In this document: positions 6,718 to 15,578 of the stretch, one piece after another | How the letters are laid out: each line of letters opens with the position of its first letter | Numbering within the stretch: the first letter of the stretch is position 1 | Assembly: GCA_016235455.1 (NCBI GenBank) | Contig: JACRKZ010000025.1 | Location: forward strand, 1-24,276 | Source: Armatimonadota bacterium | GTDB lineage: Bacteria; Armatimonadota; UBA10988 | Direction of reading: 5' to 3' | DNA length: 24,276 nt | Translations under genes and position numbers: made by a program | The notes under the pieces: generated by a model | The model's input: only the letters and a program-made list of their open reading frames with translations | What the model was told of the DNA's origin: nothing | Database searches by the model: none

Positions 6718-9700
6718 TTGGCGCAATCGAGGCGAGTTCGGACCGGCTGGCTGGGCCTGCTGGCGGTGGTCGTGGTGGTCGCCGTCTGGGCGGCGTGGAG
6801 CCCCTTGGGGCTGCGCCGCGGGCTGGCGCGTGCCGCGCGTGGGCACAGCGCCGAGTGGGCGCCGACCGCGCTCGTGCTGGGGCCGCCGGCACCGAGTCCG
6901 CCCAATCCCTCGCCCGACGACCAGGGCTGGCAGGGCGCCGCGCCGCTTGACCAGTTCTGGCTACGGGCCGGCCGCGGCGCGCCCAGTATCAGGACGCGCG
7001 CGCGGGTCACCTGGGATGACGAGGCGCTCTATGTCGGCGCCGAGTGCTTCGAGCCCGACGCCGCCTACCACCCCCAGCGGACAACGATCACCGCCGACCC
7101 CCTGGTACCGGTCGCCGACCGCCTCGACATCCAGTTCTGTAGCGACTGGCAGGGCGCGGCCTGGTGGTTCACGCTCGGCGCCGATGGCACCTCGCGGCTG
7201 CGCTGGCGGCCTGCGGGATGGTGGTATGTGACCAACCACGAGCGACTGACAACCGGCGTGCGCGCGCGCACGGAGGCGGTGACCGGTGGGTGGCGCGCCG
7301 TGGTCACCATCCCGTGGCAATTGCTCGGTGGCCGGCCGCACGACACCTTCGGTCTGAACGTCATCCGCTGTCACGACCGCGCCGGCGAGCAGTCCAGCCC
7401 CATGGCCTTGGACTGGCCCGAGTGGCCCACGGGCAGCGGCCTGCTGGAAACGTCGTTTGGCCCGCGCGCCAAGGTCGTGACCGCGCGCGGCATGTTGGCG
7501 CGCCTGCCGTCGGGCCGTGCCGTCTGGCAGCGGCCCACGCAGCTCACGCGCGCCACGCCGGCCGAACGCACACGCCTGCTGGCCCTGCGCCGCGAGCTGC
7601 GCGGGCGCACCACGGCCGCCACCCTGGCCGAGCGCGTGCACTGGGCGCAGCGCTGGTATGAGCAGTTGGTGCTCGACGGCTACAGCTTCTTCGGCGTCGA
7701 TGTGCAGTGGAATCCCGGCAAGAACGAGTGGCATCCGCACGAGGCGCGCGCCCACGTGACTCGGGCCCTGCGCCGGGGCGAGGTGGCCCGGGCCTGCGCT
7801 GTCGTCGACACCTTCCTCGGCCAGCTCGACCGGGCCTCGCGCCAGTGGTACGCCGACGGCACGGTGCTGGACGGCGACTCCGACGCCTGGACGGCGGTCA
7901 ACCGGGTGTCCCACCCGCGGCTGGAAGGCGATGTGGCCCATTTCCCGACCGCCGCCGGCGCGGGCAGCCTGGATCTGCAGGCGGCACTGATCGAAGTCGA
8001 CGGCGTCGCCGGCTGGCGGCTGTGGGCGTCGCCGGCGGGTCGAGTCGACGGCGGGCAGCATCTGCCGTTGAGGCTACGCACCGACGGCACGGGCGTCACG
8101 CTGTCGGCCGACGCCGACCGCCACACGCCGCGCCTGCGCTATCGGCCGTCGCCGTGGCGCATCGAGGTGCTGGCCGACGACGGCGAGGTGCGCTGGGCAC
8201 TGGATGGCGAGACGCTGGCGCTGCGGTTCGACTCGCGGGGCCAGGTCAAGGCGGTGGACCTGCGCGGGCCGCTGTGGCAGAACGAGGCCGTCGTCGGCGG
8301 CGGCGAGCGGTTCGACGCGCTCGACCAGCGCGGCCGGTCTTACAGTCTATGGGGCGAGGATGCCTGGGACGGCACCATGCGCGGCGTGGGCAATCACAGT
8401 TACAAGCCCATCGCCTTCTGGCAGAGCAGCCGCGGCTGGTCCATGTACTGGAACACGACCTACCGTGTGCGCTGCGACCTGGGCGCGTCGGTCTCCGACC
8501 GCTACCGCTTCACCGCCCATGGCCCGGTACTCGACTGGTGGGTCTGGACCGCGCCGCCCACGGCCTCCGTCAAGGCGTTCACCGCGCTGACCGGTCGCGC
8601 CACGGTGCCGCCACGCTGGGCCTTCACGCCCTGGATGGGCGGCAACGCGCACCGCTGGCAGAACGACCCTCGACCCGATGCCAGCGCGGTGGTGGAGGAC
8701 GCGCGCCGCTACCGCGAACTCGACATTCCATTGGGAGCGGCGTACCTTGAAGCCGAACTGAGCGCCAAGAAGTCCGCTTACGACGGCCTCCGTGCACTGG
8801 GTGTGCGGCCCATCGCGTGGAGCGACTGCAACGTGATGCGTGTGGCGATGTTCGGCGGGATTGCCACGCAGGTGCGTGAGGACGGCCTGCCCTGGGTCAA
8901 GCTCGACGCCGGCCGTCGGACCGACTGGATCGACTTCACCAGCGGGCTGGCACTCCCCTTCGTGCGGCAGGCCTGGCGCGAGCGCCTGGGCTGGGGGCTG
9001 AGCGGCTGTATGGTCGACTACGGTGACGTGCTGCCCGAGGAGGCCCGCCTGGCCGACGGTCGCGGCGGCGCGGAAGCCCACAACACCTACGGCGTCGACT
9101 TCGCCAAAACCTACCACCGCGTCTTCCGCGAGGCACGCGGCGACGACTTCGTACTCATTGGCCGGCCCATGGGTCCGGGCGCGCAGCGCTACGCGGTACC
9201 GTTCGCCGGCGACCAGCCAGCCTCATTCCGTGGGTTGCGCCAGATGGTCACCGCCGCCATCACCGACTCGGCCTCGGGCTTGGGGCTGTTCACCGGCGAC
9301 ATCGGCCTGTTTGCCGGGCTGCCCGACAAGGAGGTCTACCTGCGCTCACTGCAGTTCGGCGCGCTGGGCACGCTGATGCGCAACCATGGCTGGGCGCCGC
9401 GCGAGCCGTGGCGGTACGGCGACGACGTGACCGTCATCTACCGGCGCTGGTCGTGGCTGCGCATGAGCCTGCTCGACTACCTGGTGGGCAACGCCCAGGA
9501 GGCGGCGGCCAGCGGGCTGCCGGCTCTGCGGGCCATGATCTACGATTGGCCGCAGTTGCCCGACGCCTGGCAGGCGGGCGACCAGTTGATGTGCGGCCCC
9601 GACCTGCTCATCGCGCCAGTGCTCGAGGCCGCGCGCAGTCGCTCGGTCTGGCTGCCGCCGGGCGACTGGGTCGATCTGTGGACCGGCCGTCGCACCAGCG

Positions 9701-10161
9701 GCCCGTGCCGCGTCACCGCGCCGGCGCCACTGGACACCATGCCCATCTTCCTGCGCGCGGGCGCCCTGTTGCCGCTGCAACTGTCGCCGAGCCTGACGCT
9801 CGGCGACAGTCTGTCGAGCGGTAGCCGTCGCGTGCTGCTGCTCACGCCGCCCGACCGCGACCGCACGCTGGCCCTGCCACGGGACGGCGCGCACACCAGC
9901 GAGGCGCGGCTGGAGCGGGCCGAGGACGGCTTCGTGCTGCGCTTGCCGTCCGAGGAGCCGGCCTCGCTGCTGGTGGTGATGGGCGGTCGGCTGCGTTCGG
10001 CTCGGCTGGGCGGCGCCGAACTGCCGCGCACCGAAGAGCCCACGCGCACGCTGCTGGCCATCCCCGCCGGCGGCGCGCGCGCGGTCACCTGCCGGCTCTT
10101 GGCGGGCACGGCAGGGATCGCCTCGGCCAGGCCGAATGAGGGCCAACGGGGAGCCCGATGA
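6718..10161 (+). CDS. Membrane-anchored or secreted GH31 glycoside hydrolase with N-terminal CBM9-like domain
   Basis: N-terminal hydrophobic segment. CBM9-like TRARVTWDDEALYVG...WRAVVTIPWQLL...FGLNV. GH31 motifs GGGERF, SYKPIAFW, LTGRATVPPRWAF, WIDFT, nucleophile MVDYGD, HNTY, acid/base FAGD, DIGLF, MRNHG..PREPW, QLMCGPDLLIAPV and PLDTMPIFLRAG. The TTG start is uncertain. Confidence 0.85.
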   Translation: MAQSRRVRTGWLGLLAVVVVVAVWAAWSPLGLRRGLARAARGHSAEWAPTALVLGPPAPSPPNPSPDDQGWQGAAPLDQFWLRAGRGAPSIRTRARVTWDDEALYVGAECFEPDAAYHPQRTTITADPLVPVADRLDIQFCSDWQGAAWWFTLGADGTSRLRWRPAGWWYVTNHERLTTGVRARTEAVTGGWRAVVTIPWQLLGGRPHDTFGLNVIRCHDRAGEQSSPMALDWPEWPTGSGLLETSFGPRAKVVTARGMLARLPSGRAVWQRPTQLTRATPAERTRLLALRRELRGRTTAATLAERVHWAQRWYEQLVLDGYSFFGVDVQWNPGKNEWHPHEARAHVTRALRRGEVARACAVVDTFLGQLDRASRQWYADGTVLDGDSDAWTAVNRVSHPRLEGDVAHFPTAAGAGSLDLQAALIEVDGVAGWRLWASPAGRVDGGQHLPLRLRTDGTGVTLSADADRHTPRLRYRPSPWRIEVLADDGEVRWALDGETLALRFDSRGQVKAVDLRGPLWQNEAVVGGGERFDALDQRGRSYSLWGEDAWDGTMRGVGNHSYKPIAFWQSSRGWSMYWNTTYRVRCDLGASVSDRYRFTAHGPVLDWWVWTAPPTASVKAFTALTGRATVPPRWAFTPWMGGNAHRWQNDPRPDASAVVEDARRYRELDIPLGAAYLEAELSAKKSAYDGLRALGVRPIAWSDCNVMRVAMFGGIATQVREDGLPWVKLDAGRRTDWIDFTSGLALPFVRQAWRERLGWGLSGCMVDYGDVLPEEARLADGRGGAEAHNTYGVDFAKTYHRVFREARGDDFVLIGRPMGPGAQRYAVPFAGDQPASFRGLRQMVTAAITDSASGLGLFTGDIGLFAGLPDKEVYLRSLQFGALGTLMRNHGWAPREPWRYGDDVTVIYRRWSWLRMSLLDYLVGNAQEAAASGLPALRAMIYDWPQLPDAWQAGDQLMCGPDLLIAPVLEAARSRSVWLPPGDWVDLWTGRRTSGPCRVTAPAPLDTMPIFLRAGALLPLQLSPSLTLGDSLSSGSRRVLLLTPPDRDRTLALPRDGAHTSEARLERAEDGFVLRLPSEEPASLLVVMGGRLRSARLGGAELPRTEEPTRTLLAIPAGGARAVTCRLLAGTAGIASARPNEGQRGAR

Positions 10162-11396
10162 GCGCAGCCCACTCCCATGATAGCCTGGCCATCGATGGTG
10201 GTACGCCGGTGCGCACGCGGCCCTGGCCTGCCTGGCCGCGGGTCGACGAGGCCGAATGGGTCAAGGTCATCGAGCCGCGCCTGCGCGAGGTCTACCTGTC
10301 GCATGTGGAAGGCCTGCCCGGCCCGCGCGCCCATGGCTTCGCCGCGGAGTTCGCGCGGTGGTGCGGCGTCGAGTGGGGCGTCATGACGCCGCATGGCACC
10401 GACGCGCTGATGGCCGCCGTGGCTGGCGCGCTGGACCTGGACGGGCTGCGCGACCCCGGCGAGATCATCGCGCCCGCCTACACCTTCATCGCCACGGCCT
10501 CGGCGCCGCTGGCCGTGCGCTGCCAGGTGGCGCTGGCCGATGTCGACCCCGAAACCTACACCCTCGACCCGACCGCCGTAGAGGCGCTTATCGGGCCGGA
10601 CACCGTGGGCATCGTGGCGGTCCACCTGGGCGGCCAGCCGGCCGACATGACCGCGTTGGGCGAGGTCGCCCGCCGGCACGGTCTGGCGCTCATCGAGGAC
10701 TGCGCTCAAGCCCATGGCGCCGCCTGGCGCGGCCGACGAGTGGGCGGTTGGGGAGACTGCGGCGCGTTCTCATTCCAGTCCAGCAAGAACCTGACCTGCG
10801 GCGAGGGCGGCTGCGTCACCACCGACGACTTCGACCTCTACGAGCGGGTCATGTCCTTCATCGATGTCGGCCGCCGTCCACATGGTGAGCGCTGGGAGTA
10901 TCCGCGGCTGGGCTGGAACTACCGGCCGAGCGAGTACCTGGCGGCGCTCCTCACCGCGCGGCTGCCGAGCGTGACCAGCGACCTGGAACGACGGGCCGAC
11001 AACGCGGCCTACCTCAGTGGGCTGCTCTCGCCGGTCGACGGGCTCGACGCGCCATGCCTGGCCGCCGGCGCCACGAGCCACGCCTATCACCTATATATGA
11101 TGACGTATCGCGCCGAGGCCTTTGGCGGCCGTAGCCGCGACGCCTTCGTCGCCGCGCTCGGGGCGGAGGGCATCCCGGCCATGGCGGGCTACACGCAGCC
11201 GCTGAGCGAGCAGCCGGCGCTCGCCGAACTGCGCCAGCAGTATCCGGGCGTGCTGCGCGTGGGCGACCTGACGGCCACCCGCGAGGTCTGCGCGCACTCC
11301 GTGTGGCTACCGCAGTCGCTGCTGCTGGCCGATACTTGGGAGATGGATGACGTGGCCACTGCCGTCGGTCGCATCCAGCGAGCCTGGACGCGCTGA
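10158..11396 (+). CDS. DegT/DnrJ/EryC1/StrS PLP-dependent sugar aminotransferase (AHBA-synthase/RifK-like subgroup)
   Basis: LAIDGGTPVR, PAYTFIATA, VHLGGQPADM, IEDCAQAHGA, the PLP lysine in FSFQSSKNLTCGEGG, and GWNYR. ATGA overlap with the GH31 stop. Confidence 0.92.
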   Translation: MSAAHSHDSLAIDGGTPVRTRPWPAWPRVDEAEWVKVIEPRLREVYLSHVEGLPGPRAHGFAAEFARWCGVEWGVMTPHGTDALMAAVAGALDLDGLRDPGEIIAPAYTFIATASAPLAVRCQVALADVDPETYTLDPTAVEALIGPDTVGIVAVHLGGQPADMTALGEVARRHGLALIEDCAQAHGAAWRGRRVGGWGDCGAFSFQSSKNLTCGEGGCVTTDDFDLYERVMSFIDVGRRPHGERWEYPRLGWNYRPSEYLAALLTARLPSVTSDLERRADNAAYLSGLLSPVDGLDAPCLAAGATSHAYHLYMMTYRAEAFGGRSRDAFVAALGAEGIPAMAGYTQPLSEQPALAELRQQYPGVLRVGDLTATREVCAHSVWLPQSLLLADTWEMDDVATAVGRIQRAWTR

Positions 11397-14075
11397 ATGA
11401 AGCTGTTTCGCCTGCTACCGATGCTGCTGGCCGGACTGGCCGCCGCGGCGCCGCCACCACCGACCTTCCGCCTGCCCTGCGATGGTAACCTCGTGCCGTC
11501 GGTCGCCGCGCCGGACACGGTGGCGAGCGTTCAGGGACCGGTCAGCTACGTCGATGGCCGCGTGGGCCGCGCGCTGGTGGTGCCCGTGGGCAGCACGGTG
11601 TCCTTCCGCGCGGCCGGTCATCTTTCGCCAGCGGCGGGTACCGTGGCGCTGTGGGTCAAACTCGACCTGAGCGCGGGCCGGCCACGCTTTCCGCGTCTGT
11701 TTGAGTGTGCCGGCGGCACCGTGGCGTTGCGCCTGCTGCACCTGGCCCAGGCCGAAGTGCCGTTGTACGGCGAAGCCGTGGTCGGCGCCGTCAACCAACT
11801 GCCCTGGCCCATGGGCGATGCACGGGCCATCGGCGAGAGCTGGCAGCATGTGGCGCTGGCCTGGGGCGGCGGCCAGGTCACACTCTATGTCAATGGTGTC
11901 ACGCTCTGTGCCGCGCCCCTGGCGCAGTCGCTGCCGCCGTTGCCCGAGCGGTTCTACGTGGGCAGCGAGCCCAGCGGGGAGCAGTCGGCGGCCACCGCCA
12001 TCGACGATGTGGCGCTGTTTGACCGCGCGCTGGACAGCCACGAGCTGTTCGCGCTGGCCGGGCGGACCCCAGGCACCGACTGGTCACAGCCCAACTGGCT
12101 GGCCAACAGCAGCTTCGAGGTCGGGCCGCAGCCCTGGCAGACGTTCCTGTGGGGCGAGGGCGACAGCCGCATCGAGCCGGCCGCCGGGCCGTGCATCTCC
12201 GGCCGGCATAGCCTGGTGGTCGACCGCTCGCTGGCCACCGGCACCGGCTGGTCGACCGCCTGGGTGATGGGCCCGTGGCTGCATCTCGCGCGCGGCCGCG
12301 AAGTGACGCTCAGCGCCTGGCTACGCGCGGATGTCCCCGACGCCGAGGTCAGCCTGCAGATCCAGACCGGTGACGAGGACCGCGCCGTGAAGGGCACACC
12401 GGTGGGCGGCGTGGTCAGCACCAACCTGCGCGTCGACCAGCGCTGGCGCCGCTACCACCTGACCTGCACGCTGCCCACGGCCTACCGCGACGGCTACCGT
12501 GCCCGCCTGTGCGTGACCAGCCACCCGTGCCGCGTCTGGCTCGACGACATCCAGATGGCCGCCGGGCCAATGCGCGAGTACCAGCCGCGCACGGCCGTGG
12601 AGATCGGGCTGTCCAGCGCCACCGGTAGCGCCACGGCCGAGAGCGGCGACTGGCTGGAGCCGCTGCTGCTCGCCTACGCGCCGCTGGGCACCGCCAAGTT
12701 GATGACCGTCAACTGGGGCTACCGCAAGCCCTCGCCGCGCAACGGGTTCGTAGCCGCCGAGGCCGCCTACTTCCTCTTGCGGCCCGGCCAGCCCCAGCAG
12801 GTGCGCCTGCGCCCCTGGCGTCTCGACACATGCGGCGTGTGGACGGTCGAGGCCGCGCACTACGGCCGCGCGGACACCCATCTGGCGGTTGCCGTCACAC
12901 CCTATCGCCGCCTGTATGCGCCGCCGCGCGGCAGCCCTTTCGGCACCCACGGCGGGGATACGATGCGGCTGGTGCGCTACGGGCTCACGCAGAAACGCGA
13001 TGTCAGCGGCTTCCTGTGGAAATGGCTCGAACGGAGCGACGGCCAATGGTCCGACGATGGCCGGTTCGCCGCGGCGTCGGCCGACCAGACGGCCGGGCTG
13101 GAGTTGACCGGCACGCTCGGCGACGCACCGACCTGGGCGGCCGCCGGCGACGGCGTGCCGCGCGACACGGCACGCTGGACCGAGTATGTGCGCCGCACCG
13201 TGGCCGAGAACGCCGGCCGGGTCAGCCTCTGGGAGCTGTGGAACGAACCGGACCTCAACACCACTTTGTCGGCAGACCCGTCACGGTATGTCGAATTGCT
13301 GCGCGCCGCCTACGCCGCCCAGCGTCAGGCCGATCCCGACGCGCGCATGATCGGGCCCTGCCCCTCGAGCCTGGCGCCCAGCAGCTTCGCCTTCGCCGAG
13401 CGGGTCTTTGCGCTCGGCGGCCTGGCCGCGCTCGACCAGATCTCTTGGCATCCCTATAGCCACGACCTGCCGGAAGGCCCCTTCCTCGACGGGCTGCGCC
13501 GCATCAACGGCTTGCTGGCCGAGCATGGCGTGACGCGACCGCTGGTGCTCACCGAGTATGGCACCGGCGGCGTTTCCGACCCGTCGCTGCACATCCCCTG
13601 GGCCGCCGACGACAACCGCCGCTATGACCCCGACGAACAGGCGGCGATGCTTGTGCGCCAGAGCGTGCTGGCGCTCTGGCAGGGCGCCACGCGGCTCAAC
13701 TGGTATCAGTGGGACGAGGAGCGGCTGCAAACCGGGCCGGACACCTTCGGCCTGGTCCGTGCCGACACCTACCACAGCCCCAAGCCAGCGCTGCTGGCGC
13801 TCAGCCAGGCCGCGCGCCTGCTGGCCGGCGCCGAGTTGCCGCCGCAGCAGTTGCGGCCACGGCCGGGCGCCTGGGCCTTCCGCTTCACCACGCCGACGGG
13901 CAACGTCGCCTGCTACTGGGACCCCAACGGCCCCAACGCGCCCACCTGGACCACGGCCGCGGTGGTCTATGACCTGTATGGCAACGTCGTGCCGCGCGGG
14001 CAATGGCGTCTGCGGCCCGAGCCCCAGTGGGTGGTGTGGTCGTCGAATAGCGCTGGACCAGCGTACGGACAGTAA
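11397..14075 (+). CDS. Secreted LamG + CBM4/16-like + clan GH-A (GH39-like) glycoside hydrolase
   Basis: Signal peptide. LamG: GTVALWV, WQHVALAW, LYVNG, IDDVALFDRAL. CBM-like: NWLANSSFE...LSAWLRA...WRRY...VWLDDIQM. Catalytic WELWNEPD, ISWHPY, LTEYG and NWYQW. Confidence 0.8.
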   Translation: MKLFRLLPMLLAGLAAAAPPPPTFRLPCDGNLVPSVAAPDTVASVQGPVSYVDGRVGRALVVPVGSTVSFRAAGHLSPAAGTVALWVKLDLSAGRPRFPRLFECAGGTVALRLLHLAQAEVPLYGEAVVGAVNQLPWPMGDARAIGESWQHVALAWGGGQVTLYVNGVTLCAAPLAQSLPPLPERFYVGSEPSGEQSAATAIDDVALFDRALDSHELFALAGRTPGTDWSQPNWLANSSFEVGPQPWQTFLWGEGDSRIEPAAGPCISGRHSLVVDRSLATGTGWSTAWVMGPWLHLARGREVTLSAWLRADVPDAEVSLQIQTGDEDRAVKGTPVGGVVSTNLRVDQRWRRYHLTCTLPTAYRDGYRARLCVTSHPCRVWLDDIQMAAGPMREYQPRTAVEIGLSSATGSATAESGDWLEPLLLAYAPLGTAKLMTVNWGYRKPSPRNGFVAAEAAYFLLRPGQPQQVRLRPWRLDTCGVWTVEAAHYGRADTHLAVAVTPYRRLYAPPRGSPFGTHGGDTMRLVRYGLTQKRDVSGFLWKWLERSDGQWSDDGRFAAASADQTAGLELTGTLGDAPTWAAAGDGVPRDTARWTEYVRRTVAENAGRVSLWELWNEPDLNTTLSADPSRYVELLRAAYAAQRQADPDARMIGPCPSSLAPSSFAFAERVFALGGLAALDQISWHPYSHDLPEGPFLDGLRRINGLLAEHGVTRPLVLTEYGTGGVSDPSLHIPWAADDNRRYDPDEQAAMLVRQSVLALWQGATRLNWYQWDEERLQTGPDTFGLVRADTYHSPKPALLALSQAARLLAGAELPPQQLRPRPGAWAFRFTTPTGNVACYWDPNGPNAPTWTTAAVVYDLYGNVVPRGQWRLRPEPQWVVWSSNSAGPAYGQ

Positions 14076-14197
14076 CGGCCAACTGGTTGCAGTAACCATC
14101 ACCAGACGTACGAGCGGCTCTGCCTGGTCAACCACAAGGCTGTCGTATCTGTGGTCCGTCCAAACTACGGCGGCGTCGCGGATGGGAATTGGCAGCC

Positions 14198-15517
14198 ATG
14201 TCCGAAGCGTCGTCCCTCAGAGTCCCCAACCGCTGGCTGATCGTGGTCGGCGGCAGCCTGATCCAGCTTTGTCTGGGCGCCATCTATGCCTGGTCGGCCT
14301 TCACAGGCAAGCTGACCGACCACAACGGCCCCTTTGCGTTCACCAAGGTGCAGACGCAGATCATCTTCTCGACCAGCCTGTTCACCTTTGCGGTGATCAT
14401 GGCCCTCATCGCCGGCAAGTGGCAGACCAAGGCCGGCCCACGGAAAGTTGCCCTGGTGGGCGGCCTGGTCATGGGGCTGGGCTACATCGTCTCCAGCCTG
14501 ATGCCCACGTTCGCCGGCATGATGCTCGGCGTCGGACTGATCGCGGGCGCGGGCATCGGTCTCACCTATGTCTGCCCCATCGCCGCGCTGGTCAAGTGGT
14601 TCCCTGACAAGAAGGGCCTGATCACCGGCCTGGCCGTGGCGGGCTTCGGGTTTGGCGCGCTCATCTGGGTCAAGCTGACCGAGGGTTTCAAGTTTGGCCC
14701 GGTCGATCTGACGCCCGGCTGGAAGGGGCTGTACGGCGCCGGTTGGACCGTGCCGCAGGTGTTCATGCTGTATGGCGTGCTGTTCGCCGCGCTCATCGGG
14801 CTCGGCGCGCTGACGCTGTGCAATCCGCCCGAGGGCTGGTTGCCCGAGGGGTGGACCCCGCCGGCGCCGAACGCCTCCGCCGCCCCCTCGGGCGCGGCCA
14901 ACTTCGGCCCGCGCGAGATGACCAAGACGCCGCAGTACTGGGGCATTCTGGTCACCTTCGTCTTCGCCTCGGTAGCCGGCCTGATGGTCATCGGCGTCAT
15001 CAAGCTGTTCGGCGTCGAGGCGCTGATGGCTCACGGCCTGGACAAGGAGGCCGCCAACGTCGCCACGGGCACGGCCATGGGCCTGTTCTACGCGTTGGCC
15101 AACGGCTTCGGCCGCATCGCCTGGGGCGCCATCTCCGACCGGCTCGGGCGGCAGCGCTCACTGGTCGTGCTCTCGGCCATCCAGGGCGTGGTCATGCTGG
15201 CCTTCTACTATCTGGGCGGCAGCGTGGCCGGGCTGTGCCTCGGCGCGGCGCTGGTGGGCTTCAACTACGGCGGCAACTTCGCGCTGTACCCCGCCATCGT
15301 GGCCGACTTCTTCGGCAACAAGAACCTCGGGCTCAACTACCCGATGGTCTTCCTGGCCTACGGTATCGGCGGCGTGATCGGGCCGATCCTCGCCGGCCGC
15401 ATGGGCGACGCCAAAATGTGGCTGTGGGCCTTCGTGCCCGCCGGCATCGCCTGCCTGGTGTCCGCGGTCATCCTGGCCCGGCTCCGGCCGCCGACCTTGA
15501 AGGGCACCGCGTTCTAG
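14198..15517 (+). CDS. OFA (oxalate:formate antiporter / monocarboxylate) family MFS transporter
   Basis: NRWLIV..GSLIQLCLGAIYAWS, YVCPIAALVKWFPDKKGLITGLAVAGFGFG, NGFGRIAWGAISDRLGR, YGGNFALYP and FFGNKNLGLNY; about 12 hydrophobic segments. Start is ATG 14198 or TTG 14189. Confidence 0.92.
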   Translation: MSEASSLRVPNRWLIVVGGSLIQLCLGAIYAWSAFTGKLTDHNGPFAFTKVQTQIIFSTSLFTFAVIMALIAGKWQTKAGPRKVALVGGLVMGLGYIVSSLMPTFAGMMLGVGLIAGAGIGLTYVCPIAALVKWFPDKKGLITGLAVAGFGFGALIWVKLTEGFKFGPVDLTPGWKGLYGAGWTVPQVFMLYGVLFAALIGLGALTLCNPPEGWLPEGWTPPAPNASAAPSGAANFGPREMTKTPQYWGILVTFVFASVAGLMVIGVIKLFGVEALMAHGLDKEAANVATGTAMGLFYALANGFGRIAWGAISDRLGRQRSLVVLSAIQGVVMLAFYYLGGSVAGLCLGAALVGFNYGGNFALYPAIVADFFGNKNLGLNYPMVFLAYGIGGVIGPILAGRMGDAKMWLWAFVPAGIACLVSAVILARLRPPTLKGTAF

Positions 15518-15531
15518 CATGCGGCGCAGGA

Positions 15532-15570
15532 CTCGCGACGTGCACGGCGAACCGCCGTGCACGTCGCGAG
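15532..15570. repeat. Perfect 18-bp stem, 3-nt loop hairpin between the MFS and GH29 genes
   Basis: CTCGCGACGTGCACGGCG (15532-15549), loop AAC, CGCCGTGCACGTCGCGAG (15553-15570). No U-tract follows on either strand. Confidence 0.85.
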
Positions 15571-15578
15571 AAACCGTC

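Noticed and set aside
6480-7231. ORFs 6506-7231 (+) and 6480-7010 (-) spanning the divergent intergenic region
   Set aside because: Arg/Pro/Ser-rich, motif-free and overlapping the GH31 gene.
15519-15578. ATG 15519 as the GH29 start
   Set aside because: It translates through the hairpin and would bury the signal peptide that begins at ATG 15579.
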